From contig JAVKOQ020000031.1 of NCBI GenBank assembly GCA_031835245.2, positions 124,001 to 188,000 of the forward strand: a DNA stretch of 64,000 nucleotides. Reading direction: 5' to 3'. The notes below the pieces were generated by a model. It worked only from the letters and a program-made list of their open reading frames with translations, made no database searches and had not been told where the DNA came from. How positions within the stretch are numbered: position 1 is the stretch's first letter; the number at the start of each line of letters is the position of its first letter. Positions 36,099-47,398 of the stretch are shown one piece after another. This stretch comes from Balamuthia mandrillaris (lineage: Eukaryota). The translations under genes and the position numbers were made by a program.

Positions 36099-37841
36099 GC
36101 CAGATGACAAAACTGACGCCTTTTTTTGGCTCCCTTTTTTTGTGCAGGCTAAAGATAAAGACGGAGAGGAGGCTTTGAAGAAAGAGGTCGGCGCCATCTC
36201 TCAAAGGATCAAACAGTTGGAAGTGGACGTGGAGACAACGGCCAACGAGATCAAGCCCAAGCTCAGCGAGATTGGAAACATTGTCCACGAGAGCGTTCCT
36301 GTCAGCGATGATGAGGTTTGTTCTTTACTCGTCTTCCTGTGCTTCCTATTGTCTCTTTGTCTATTCTATTGTTCTGTTCTTTTGCGTTGTTCCTTGGCTC
36401 ACTTCTCCTCTTTTGAAACCAAGGCTAACAACGAGATCGTACGCATAAATGGAGAGTGCGCCGCCAAGCCTGACGCCCTTCATCACCACGAGCTCTTGGC
36501 CATGATCGATGGCTACTCTCCTGAAAGAGGTTTGTTCTTCACCTTCTCTCTCTCTCTCTCACTCACTCTTCATCTCTTTCTCTTTTCCTTTCTTGTCCCC
36601 AGTTGCCAATACATTTGCTCACCCTCATTTTGCGTTTCGATTGTGCAGGAGTGAAAGTGGCGGGCCACAGAGGTTATTTCCTGAAGGGCTTGGCCGCTCG
36701 TTTGAACATGGCCCTCATCACCTACAGCCAAGACTTTTTGATGAAGAGGGGATACACACTCCTCCAGACTCCCTTCTTCATGAACAAGCCCTCCATGGCC
36801 AAGACCGCCCAGCTCACTCAATTCGATGAAGAGCTCTACAAAGTAAGCCCTTCATTCTTTTCTTCCTCTTCTCTTCTCATTCTTTCTTGTTTTTTTATTC
36901 AATTTTATTCTTATTTCATATTTTCAAATTTAAAAAGGTCATTGGAACAAGAACGGAAGGCAAACCCGGAGAGGAGGTTAAGAAGACCAGCGAGGAGATG
37001 TACCTCATCGCCACCTCTGAACAACCCATCTCTGCCTATCACATGGACGAATGGATTCAACCCAGCGATCTTCCTCTTAGGTTTGTCTTTCTTTTGCTTC
37101 TTTTTCTTCTTTGCTTTTGCAATTTTAAAACAAACTGACTCCATTAAAAAAGATATGGAGGATTCTCTACTTGTTTCCGTAAGGAGGCTGGCGCGCATGG
37201 CAAGGACAACTGGGGCATCTTCCGTGTGCATCAGTTTGAAAAGGTGGAACAATTTTGCATTACTGCTCCCGAAAAGTCGTGGGAAGAACACGAGAACATG
37301 CTTAAAGCCTCTGAGGAGTTTTATCAATCGGTACCTCTCCTCTTTCATTTTCCAAAAAATCACCGAACAAATGAATGAATGTTGACAATAACGATAACTA
37401 TAGTTGGGCCTTCCTTACCGTGTTGTCACCATCGTCTCCAAAGAGCTCAACAACGCCGCTGCCAAGAAGTACGATCTGGAGGGCTGGTTCCCCGGTTTCC
37501 AAGGCTTCCGCGAGCTGGTCTCCTGCTCCAACTGTACCGACTACCAATCGAGGAGCCTCGAGATCCGCTTCGGCACCAAGCAAAAGGGCGAGAGGGAGAA
37601 GAAGTACGTGCACATGCTCAACTCCACGCTCTGCGCCACCACGCGCACCATCTGCTGCATCCTCGAGAACCACCAAACGGCGGAGGGAGTGAAGGTGCCG
37701 GAGGCGTTGGTGCCTTACATGGGCGGCATCGACTTTTTGCCCTTCACCCAGCCCAAGCCCGTCACCGTGGCGGAGGGCGAGGCCGCCGGCGCCAACAAAA
37801 AGGACAAGCAAAAGCAACAAAAGAAGGAAGAGAACAACTAA
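35672..37841 (+). CDS. SARS1: Cytosolic seryl-tRNA synthetase
   Basis: [116 protein letters not shown]. Confidence 0.97.
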
Positions 37842-37910
37842 GAAGCAGAGGAACCAACTCTACTTTCTTTTTTATTTACAATGACGCTTGCTTTGTTTGA
37901 GTAGAAGAAG

Positions 37911-40900
37911 CTAGTCGTTTGTGGTGGATAAACAAGAGAGATAGGCAGCGACGTGGAGAGAGCAGGCTTTGTTGGAGAAGCGCTCCACGATTGGCATCCA
38001 GTGGTGCCGCCAGTTGCTCTCGCTGTGCTCTCTCATGGCTTTGGTGTCGTACAGCTCGCGCACGTTGTTTGCCGCGATGTCGATGTGCGTCTTGTCCATG
38101 AAGTAGCCGAATGAAGAACGTTGCAGCACTTCCAAGTGGTCCAACGCCTTTTCCTCCTCTTGTGAAGAAGACGAAGGAGGGGAAAAGGGTTTTTGAGCGA
38201 TGAGAACCGGTTCGCTCTCGTTGTTGTCGTAGAGAGAGACTTGGTCAAAGAGAGGCACGTAAGACATGAAGTTTTGGCTGAACAGCTGGTGGGATCTGAG
38301 TTGTGCTCCTATTGGCACATCCCTTCCTGTCTCGAGTCTTCTGCTCAGCCCTGCATCTTTTCGTGTTAGGCCAATAAAAAGTGAGAAGAAGGGAGGGAGA
38401 GAGCAAGAACAGACCTCGTAAGACTGCGACGTGGGGATCAACGGTGACAGCAACAAGTTCGATTCTGTAGGGCTGCTGTGGCACGCACTCCGCCTCCACT
38501 TCCCAATACTTCTCTTCTACTATCCACTCTTCTTTTTCCGTGGTTCCTTCATTCTTTGTAGGAGAAGACGTTCGACGATGGCGAACGTAGCCCGGACCTC
38601 TGCGGTAGACGTGAGAACAATCTCGGACCATGGCGATGGTTTGCTCCAAGAATGGAGACCATGTAAGAGTGCCATCGAAGAGAATGTCTCGGCGTTTACG
38701 AACGGCGAGAAGAAACAGCTCTTCTGCCGTTTGAGTGGAGTAGGAATGAACTGCTGCTCCTGCTGCTGTAATGCTGCTGCCGTTGTGGTGCCGCTCTGAC
38801 AATGCTTTGAAGACTGGATCGGACATCTTGAACGCATCGGCTTCTATTCTATTGTGAGACACGAAGAAAAGAAGTAGAATAAGAAAAGCAAGAAAAGAAG
38901 AGTAAAGGGACAAAGAGTTGGTTGGTTAGCTACATGACAACAGCAGCGCCGTGCTTTTTCATAAACTCTGTTTGAGCAAGTTTCTTCTCGACCACGCTCG
39001 TTTTACCTTTCATTAAAAACAAACACAATGAGAAAAAAACCGATAAAGAAACAAGGAAAAAGAGATGAGAATAAGAACGAACCAGCACCCATACCACCTC
39101 CCAAAAAAATAATTCGAGGAGGCTCTATTTCCAGCTCTTTTGCTTTGCGTACTAATGCAGCACAACTGTCTTCGTCCATACAGCCCAATGCCTTTTTATA
39201 AGATATATATTAGAAAGAACAGGAAGGAGAGAGCGAGAATTAAGCACAAACCTTAAACTTCATCACCATTGTATTGAACTTTCGTTGTACACTAAGATTT
39301 TGTTCCGTGCGAAGGACCTTCCATTTGCTCAATGCACGCAGCCACAATGCCAATCCATGACTCTGTCTCACATTTTTCAGGTCTCCATCGCTTGTTGTTG
39401 AGAAATACGAAAAGAGGAAGATTGAATCAGCTTTCAGAAATGAAAAGGGATAGAATGGCATAGAAACGAATTACTCGCGTACGAAGCAAAGGAAAGAGAA
39501 GACTGTGCGTTCAGCTTCAGGCGGAAACTTGGCAATATCTACTCCATTTCTTTGTTTTTGTTATTCGAAGATTGGTGTCGACAAGAGACAAAAGAGCTGA
39601 GTGCGTACTTTATGAGTTTGATGGTAGGATATACGCGAACACCGTATTTATCACGAAGAGAGGGCTCTGTAGGTCCATCCACGCATACACATAATGCCTC
39701 TCCTTGCAATTCCTTCAGTGCATTGAAGGAGAAGGAGAGGGAGAGGGAGAGGGAGAGGGAGAGAGAGAGAAGCGTCAATTGTAAAGGCAGAGGAGGGGGA
39801 GGAGGAGGAGGGGAGGAGGGAGGGAGGAGGAGGGAGGAGAGGAGGAGGAGGAGGAGGAGGAGGAGGAGGGAGGAGGAGGAGGAGGAGGAGGAGGAGGAGG
39901 AGGAGGAGGAGGGAGGGAGGAGGAGGAGGAGGAGGAGGAGGAGGGGAGGAGGAGGGGAGGAGGAGGAGGAGGAGGGAGGAGGAGGGAGGAGGGGAGGAGG
40001 AGGGGAGGGGAGGAGGAGGAGGAGGAGGAGGAGGAGAGAGGTTAATATCATGCACACAACGAAGCGTAAGAAGACAACAAGAATATGGAAATGAGCGAAG
40101 AGAAGCGGAGAATAGATAAGCGAAAGGAAAGAGAGAAGCAGAAAAGAGAAAAGAGACCTTGGCAGCTGCCATGAATGAATAAGATACTTGTTCGCAGTGA
40201 GTGCAGTACGACGCGTAAAACCAAACCAGAACCTTGCCATTGAGAGCGCAGGCGATAAGTTCGTCGTGGTTCTGTGTCGTCATTCGCTGAAGCCCATATC
40301 GACTCCATTGCTCCTCTGTTGTTAGCTTTGCTGAAGACTCGTTGGATTGTTCTCCCTTGCTTCCTTTTTCTGGTCTTTGTCGTTGCGTGTTTTGCATTTG
40401 TTGTTAAATTGAAAAGCGAACGAGAATGATCAAGCAGAAGAAGAAGAAGAAGAAGAAGAAGAAGAAGAAGAAGAAGAAGAACAAGAAGAAGAAGAAGAAG
40501 AAGAACAAGAAGAAGAAGAAGAACAACAACAACAACAACAACAACGAGGCTTACAACAGTTGTTGATTACAGGCGATGATGCTGTCCATATGGTGCCAAT
40601 GGTCGCTCAAGTACTTCTCTTTGAGGAAGTGCAGCTCTTCCAACAGCTTCCTCGCGCAGTAGGCCTTGTCTATCTCCGGAGCCCCTGCTCCCTCCTCTTC
40701 TCCTCCGCTTATTCCTTTCCTCCAAAGGCAAGCCTCTATGAACTCGAGAACGTGCTTGTGCAGGAGCGGGTCGTCCTCCTCCCCCTGGCTCGTGCCCGCC
40801 TTAGAGCCGGCGAAGAGCACGCGAGAGGCCACGCGAGCCAACAGCAGCACCAAGCGGCGGTCCTGCTCTTTGGTCTCATCGCTGCAGGGCAAGGCGTTCA

Positions 40901-41036
40901 ACGCCACCCATTGCGGGAAAGAGGGAAACGTGCTGCCCAACGTGTGCAGGTCCAACGAGCAAGAGAAGAAGTCCTCTTTGTTCCATCCCATCAGATGGGG
41001 ATGGTCGCTGCTGCTGTTGTCCTCTTCTTCTTCCAT
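37911..41036 (-). CDS. Zeta-toxin-fold P-loop kinase of the plant CaM-dependent NAD kinase (NADKc) type, with inserted thioredoxin domain
   Basis: IIFLGGGMGAG|KTSVV (Walker A across an intron), IEADAFKMSDPVFKAL, RDILFDGTLTWSPFLEQTIAMVR, PYRIELVAV, AQLRSHQLFSQNF; Trx exons VLVWFYASYCTHCEQ...CVDGPTEPSLRDKYGVRVYPTIKLI. About 9 exons. Confidence 0.82.
39791..40036. repeat. Imperfect (GGA)n/(GGGA)n polypurine microsatellite in an intron splitting the thioredoxin domain
   Basis: About 245 bp containing only G and A on the + strand. Confidence 0.9.
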
Positions 41037-41216
41037 TTTTCTTTTTTCTTTCCTCCAATTTTCGATTCTGTCGACTTTGCCGATAGAATTTGTCTTGTAT
41101 CGATAATTTCCCCAAAATTATTTCGTGTCGTCATGGAATAATGAACACGATAGATGCAGAGAGAGATAAGGGGAGAGAGAGAGAGAGAGAGAGAGAGAGA
41201 AGCAGAGAGAGATAAG

Positions 41217-41256
<40 letters not shown>

Positions 41257-41394
41257 TGACGAAGCAAAAAAGAGTTGAGCTTTATTTTGTTTGTTTCAAA
41301 AACTTCCAAATGGAAGCAAGCTCATCAAAAAAGTGATACCAAATAAAAATGAGATTAGATATCAGAAAAAAAGGAGGAGGAGGGATGCCTTGTT

Positions 41395-42666
41395 TTACAT
41401 CCAAAAGGCAGCAACAGAGGCGGCAGCGCTCTCATCGTCGCCAGTGTTGTAGGCAACAACATCGCTGCCGGTGTTGTAGGCATCACCGTCGTAGGCCACA
41501 TCACCGCCGCCATATTCCACGTCACCACCGTCGTAGGAGACATCTCCGCCATCATAGGCAACATCAGAGCCGTCGTAGGAGACGTCACCGCCGTCGTAAA
41601 CAACATCACCACCGTCGTATTCAACGTCGCCACCATCGTAGACAACGTCGCCGCCGTCGTAGGAGACATCACCACCATCGTAGGAGACATCACCGCCGTC
41701 GTAGGAGACGTCGCCACCATCGTAAGCGACGTTGTCGCCGCCGTCGTAGGAGACGTCACCGCCGTCGTAGGAAACATCACCGCCGTCGTAAGACACGTCG
41801 CCACCATCGTAAGCGACGTTGTCGCCACCGTCGTAAGAAACATCACCACCATCGTAAGAAACGTCACCGCCGTCGTAGGAGACGTCACCGCCATCGTAGG
41901 TCACGTCACCGCCATCGTAGGAAACATCACCACCATCATAGGCAACGTTGTCACCACCGTCGTAAGAGATATCTCCACCGTCGTAGGACACATCACCACC
42001 GTCGTAGGACACGTCTCCGCCGTCGTAGGACACGTCGCCACCATCGTAAGAGACGTCACCACCATCGTAGGTCACGTCACCGCCATCGTAAGAAACATCA
42101 CCACCATCATAGGCAACGTTGTCACCACCGTCGTAAGAGATATCTCCACCGTCGTAGGACACATCACCGCCATCGTAGGAGACATCACCGCCATCGTAGG
42201 TCACGTCACCGCCGTCGTAGGAGACGTCGCCACCATCATAAGCAACATTGTCACCTCCGTCGTAGGAGATGTCTCCGCCATCGTAGGACACATCACCGCC
42301 GTCGTAAGAGACATCACCGCCATCGTAGGAGACGTCGCCACCATCGTAAGAAACGTCACCGCCGTCGTAGGTCACATCGCCACCATCGTAAGAGACGTCA
42401 CCACCATCGTAGGCAACGTCGCCGCCGTCGTAGGAGACGTCACCGCCATCGTAGGACACATCACCATCGTAGGACACATCACCACCGTCATAGGAGACAT
42501 CTCCTCCATCGTAGGAAACATCACCACCGTCGTAGGTCACATCATCCCCGTCGTAGGAGACATCTCCGCCTCCGTATTTCACGTTACCTCTCTTACGAAG
42601 AGGGGCAGCAAAGCCGGCAGTAACCAGCAAGGCCACCACGGCCAGAACGGCAAGTGCTCGTTTCAT
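41395..42666 (-). CDS. Secreted acidic tandem-repeat protein, about 50 x YDGGDV(S/T/A)
   Basis: Single exon, 423 aa; signal MKRALAVLAVVALLVTAGFA; APLRKR; then about 50 seven-residue repeats with abundant synonymous codon variation. Confidence 0.9.
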   Translation of the reverse strand: MKRALAVLAVVALLVTAGFAAPLRKRGNVKYGGGDVSYDGDDVTYDGGDVSYDGGDVSYDGGDVSYDGDVSYDGGDVSYDGGDVAYDGGDVSYDGGDVTYDGGDVSYDGGDVSYDGGDVSYDGGDVSYDGGDISYDGGDNVAYDGGDVSYDGGDVTYDGGDVSYDGGDVSYDGGDISYDGGDNVAYDGGDVSYDGGDVTYDGGDVSYDGGDVSYDGGDVSYDGGDVSYDGGDISYDGGDNVAYDGGDVSYDGGDVTYDGGDVSYDGGDVSYDGGDVSYDGGDNVAYDGGDVSYDGGDVSYDGGDVSYDGGDNVAYDGGDVSYDGGDVSYDGGDVSYDGGDVVYDGGDVEYDGGDVVYDGGDVSYDGSDVAYDGGDVSYDGGDVEYGGGDVAYDGDAYNTGSDVVAYNTGDDESAAASVAAFWM

Positions 42667-43159
42667 AGTAATGGTTGAAGGTTGTTGTTTACCTGTTGTT
42701 TTTGTTGTTTTGGTTGTTGTTTGTTTGATGATGTTGTTGATGAGAGAGAGATGAAAGCAAAGCAAACAATTTTTTTTATAGTTGGTTGGGACGGACCTTG
42801 TGCTAACGAAATTCTGCGTAAAGTGCCAAAGGGTTCCTTGCCAGTTTGGCAGCGAATTTTCTGGTTGGTCAGGTGGCGGCTGTGGCGATCTTGCATTGGT
42901 CGATCTGTAAAATTATTGCACGTGCGGTTGAAAAACGTTTGACAGAGCAGCATTCATCACTCGAAGAGCAACAGAGAGGAATTCTAAAGACAAACGAGAG
43001 TTGAAGTAACTTACTGTTTTTTTTTTCGGGACTGCCTGGAAAGTTTTTTCTTCTTTCTTTCTTGCTTGCTTCTCGATCAAACATGCTTCTTTGTTCTTGT
43101 TCTTTGAATCTGTGTTGCTATGGTGTCATCCTTGTCCTTTGTGCTCTCCTTGTTGCTCT

Positions 43160-43662
43160 TCATTGTTGTTGAGTGGCTTTCTTCATCTGTTGGATTTGTT
43201 GGAGACAGAGTTTGGAGAGGTTGGACAGGCGGACGTTCTTGGAGGTGCTGTACTTCTCCATGCACTCCACTATAGGAGAGTTTTCTCCTGCTATCACTTG
43301 ATGTTTTTTTCTATCAGTTAGAAAAGCAAGAGGGAGAGAAGCATAGAAACAGGAAGCAAAAGAGAGGAAAGAGGAGAGAAGAGAACCAGAAAAGTGAGAA
43401 CTAGAGAAGGAGCGAGGAGAGGAGAAAGAACAGAGAATAGAGAGGCAGAGGTCAGAACATACGATCCAACGATGAAGGGGTGAGAAGATAATACAGAGTG
43501 GTAATGGCAGAGAGAACGGTCTCCAGGTTGGCGCTGCCAAGACACCCAGCAACGAGCGGCACTCCATCATTTTCAAGGATGAAGGCTCCGAACTGAGGAT
43601 CTATTTTTTTTTTTTTCAGTGTTAAGAAGTAAAGAAAGGGGGAGGAGGAGGAAGAGGAGGAG

Positions 43663-43706
<44 letters not shown>

Positions 43707-44055
43707 CAAAACCTAAGCAACAGTTACATAACCCTCCCATAGCAAATTCTACCGCTTGGTCGTTGTCCGGCTCGCTGAGGACGTCCAGGAAGAGGTCCAA
43801 CACGTTCAGCTTGCGAAAGTGGTCATAGTTGATGGGGTCATAAGCAAAGTTGGCCAGGTTGGCAAGCACCTGTCTCTTGGCCTCTGTTTGTTTTTGTAAT
43901 CCACAACTTTAGTGGAATAAGCTAATAAAACGATGTCGATAGAAACCTGCATCGGTGGTATCTTGAAACTCGGTAACGAGCGCCTGCAGGTACTCAAAGC
44001 GTGGGGCATCGTACTTGCCCGTTCTTCTTCGCAGCTGCCCTTCTGTGCTGAACAT
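43160..44055 (-). CDS. ARMC7: Armadillo repeat-containing protein 7
   Basis: [93 protein letters not shown]; 4 exons. Confidence 0.92.
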
Positions 44056-44280
44056 CTTTCGGTACGTTTCTTTTTTTGCCGTAAACCATGACGACCCGAA
44101 ATCTTCTGCTTTAACCACCCGCGACGACATGAATGGTCTGAGTGTCGACAATATCACCCCAGTATTGGAAAATATATTCTTTCTTTTTTCTTTTTTATCG
44201 ACAGTTTGAATATTTTATTCCTTTACCAAAATTATTATTCTTTATAGGATTTTTGGTGAACAGTTACGAGAGAGAGAGAG

Positions 44281-47162
44281 ATGGAAGCGAGCAGACGCTT
44301 GTTGTCGGCGCTGCAGGCCCAAGGACCCCTTTCGGTGGAGAGGAGGAGGCAGCAGCGCAGGCTGGCCGAGGACGACCGCAAGCTGCGCAAACGGTTTCGT
44401 TCGCCATGGTGGACCTACAACGAGGACCAACGGAGACAACGGCGCCTGCAGCTGCAAACCGAGGTTGAGCTCCAGCGAGACCAACGGCAGTTGATGTTGC
44501 CGCAGGACTGGAGAACGCGTTCTTCCGAGGCCAGGTTAGCTTGGTTGCAAGAGAAGTATGTTTCTTTGTTGTAGTCGTTGCTGTCTTTCTTCTCCCTTCT
44601 CTCTATGTCTCTTTCACCCACAGCGTTATATTTGAACAACCAAACCAAACAAGAGGACAAACTGTAAAGAAAACATCAGCGCTGCGAAGTCTATGGTCCT
44701 ATGTACACCAACACTCCTTTCCTCAAGCCAATGCTTCTTTTGCTGCTTGGCAACAACAACAAGATAACGCCTTTGACTTCTTCATTGCGGAGGTAGAAGC
44801 TGGAGCTGTTACTGGTGCTGCTTCTCCCTCTTCCACAGCATCTTCCTTGCTCTCTATCCTGGGCGATAGTTTGAAAGAGGGCACAACTTCTCTTTGGCAC
44901 CATGTCAAAGAAGGTGAAGGAGAGGAGAACGATAAGACGAACAAACTCGCCAGAAAGAGGGCAAGCTCCAAATATCAACGCCGTCAAAATAAGCATAAAC
45001 AAAAGGACGGCAACAACGATAAAAGCGAAGCAACAGCAGCAACCGAGGCGATGAGTCCATTGGAAGAAAAGTTGATGACGGTGTCTTTGTTAGCTCCGCT
45101 AGTTTTAGCCTTTTCTGTGGATGATGCCCTGCATGCCGCTGATGAAGTAATGCCCTTTTTGGCTTCGCTTTTGCTTCATTCGAAGGGAGATGAAAACGAC
45201 GGCACTTGGACGGAAGAAAAGGAAAAGGAACAGGCAAAAGAGACTTGGAAGAAGCAAAGGAGGCGAGCCACAATGCGGAAAAAGCAAAATGCCAAGCAAG
45301 CAGCCTTTCGCTCCGCCGTACGCTATCTAGGCTTTCTTCTTTCTCAGTATCTTCTTTGCTTCTGTTTTGACCATCATTCTTCGCTAAACGTGTTTCCTTC
45401 TAACCTCATCTATTCCTTACACGTGTTCAACAAAAGCTGTTAGAGTTACATGCCGAGCTGCGGTTTGTTCTATACATGCACGACAAAAGAGTCAGCAGAT
45501 CAACAAATGGGTTATCTCCATTTCACGAGGCAGAAACCGACAATCCCCACGATGAGGCACATCAACGAAAGCAACAAGAATTGTTTGATGCGTTGGTAGA
45601 TTTCTACACACCTTTCATGCAAGACGAGGAGAGCTCAGTCAGGATCGCGGCCACTCGTGTTATTACGTTTTTCATTAGCTTGTTATCTGCTGATATGGTT
45701 CACAATTGCTTCCATGAGTATGGCTCTCTCTATCTCTCTTCTCGTCTCTTTGAAACCCTTTCTACGGTTATCTTATCGCTCTTACTTTCCTGTTCTTCAT
45801 CTCATGTTGTTTTTTGCCAGGCATAACCTCTATGTTCATTACTGATAGGTTCTTTCACCGTTACATGGATTTGTTGGAAGACGTCCACTTGGAGGTGCGA
45901 GTGGAGGCAGCAGATGGCTTGGCCGTTTTGCTGCTGCTCAATGAGGAAGACGCGGAAGAAGCGGAAGACAAAAACTATTACGAAGTGGGCAGTCATCAGT
46001 TGCTTGAATTGGAAGAGAAAGTGAAAGAACTGTGCTGGAAACGGGACTTTGCTTTTGACAAACAAAGCAATTCACTTCAGTTCAAGACCTTCAAACGACT
46101 TAGAACGTTGGTTGAACAGTGCCGAAAGAAGGAGGAACAACTTGAAAGAACCGCTCAAAGCCAAAATGCAAAGCATTTATCTCCTCTTTCTGATCTTGAA
46201 GCTGAACTCTCCACTGCTCATCACAGCTGTAGTAATGATGTAAACAAAGTGGACTGCAAAAGTGAAGGTGAAGAAGAAGAAGCAGAAGACTACAGTGAAT
46301 GTGACGATGCGAATTGCTATTACGGGGGCGAGGAAGAAGAGTTTGAGATCGAAGAAGAGGAGGATGAGTTTTTCAATGAGCTTCGCTTACATTTGGGACG
46401 TCGTGAGTTCTACGGATTGCAACAAAAGAGCTTTGCAGTTTTGGACACCGTTCCTGTCGACTCCGGGATAGAATGGCACGTACGAAACTGGAGAACAATA
46501 GTTCAATTGAAAACGTTAAGAAGTATCGTTGGACCTTCATTCACTCAGTGCTTCGGGGTACGCTTCTGTTGTTCTTGTTCTCTGTATCGCTCTCCTTCTC
46601 TATATGTTGGCAAATTTACAATGACTGCGCGTAAAGGGAGCTGTGCTGGGCAAGTACATTGCTTCATGTGCTGAAGAGGATGATGAGGTGGTCATTCATT
46701 CGCTCTCATATGAATCCACGAAACGAATTAACCTAGAACTGGAACGCAATCGTTATGAGGTATCTCTCTTCTGCTGTCTCTATCTTTCTCTCCTTATTAT
46801 TCTCTTTCTTTATGTTCCTTTGTTTCTATCTCTAACAACTACCACCACTCTTTTTAAAGCTACGGAACAACGCCCCTAAAAAGTATGGCCGAAACCTCAA
46901 GTGGAAGCCAGCAGATGATTTCATGGGAGTCAACCTACCCGCCTCAAGCTATCGCTCCAAATACTCTTACGTGTGGTACAACCCCCACTCAAGACTGCGC
47001 ATGAGAGCCACCATCACTCCGATGATAGACCCACAGCCGAACCCCAACCACAAAAACATGGAAGAAGATCACCAGGAAGGAGTGACGAGCGTCACTGTGC
47101 TTGGTAGAACACAGCGAAAGTATCACGGGCGTTACCTGGTCAATTTGCCTTATGGCGCTTAG
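44281..47162 (+). CDS. Helical-repeat protein, possibly divergent IFRD (interferon-related developmental regulator)-like
   Basis: Multi-exon; EVRVEAADGLAVLL, KVKELC...QFKTFKRLRTLVE and VRNWRTIVQLKTLRSIVG resemble the spacing of IFRD C-terminal motifs. The family call is tentative. Confidence 0.5.
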
Positions 47163-47398
47163 AGTTGCAACCTCTGTTGAAGGTGGTGGTAAAGCGGCAA
47201 TAGTGTGTCCCAAGCAGGGTCGCAAAAATCCAACACACCTGCTCTCCTGATACCACGGTCCCAGCAGGTGGTCGACAATAATTACTAAAGAGGTTTTCCA
47301 AGAAATTTTTAAAATTGAATTTTTTTGCTTAATTGTCGAGTGTTCCGTTCGTTCTTTGCATGCTTTGCATTCTGGCAATACCGAAGAACAGCTGTAGA

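Noticed and set aside
37911..39130. Zeta toxin of a toxin-antitoxin system
   Set aside because: The motifs fit the eukaryotic NADKc branch, the gene has spliceosomal introns, and no antitoxin is adjacent.
39539..40240. Poly-Pro/Leu/Glu/Arg ORFs here and similar poly-F/S/K ORFs at 2734, 12342-12807, 22740, 25668 and 34107-34614
   Set aside because: They are translations of intronic or intergenic microsatellites.
41430..42580. Regular 21-bp repeat array as a possible CRISPR or satellite
   Set aside because: There are no unique spacers and no cas genes, the context is eukaryotic, and the array is a coding repeat.
41349..42623. 424-aa Arg/His-rich protamine-like ORF on the + strand
   Set aside because: It is the antisense shadow of the YDGGDVS repeat gene. 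Variation among repeats is synonymous only in the minus-strand frame, which also has a signal peptide.
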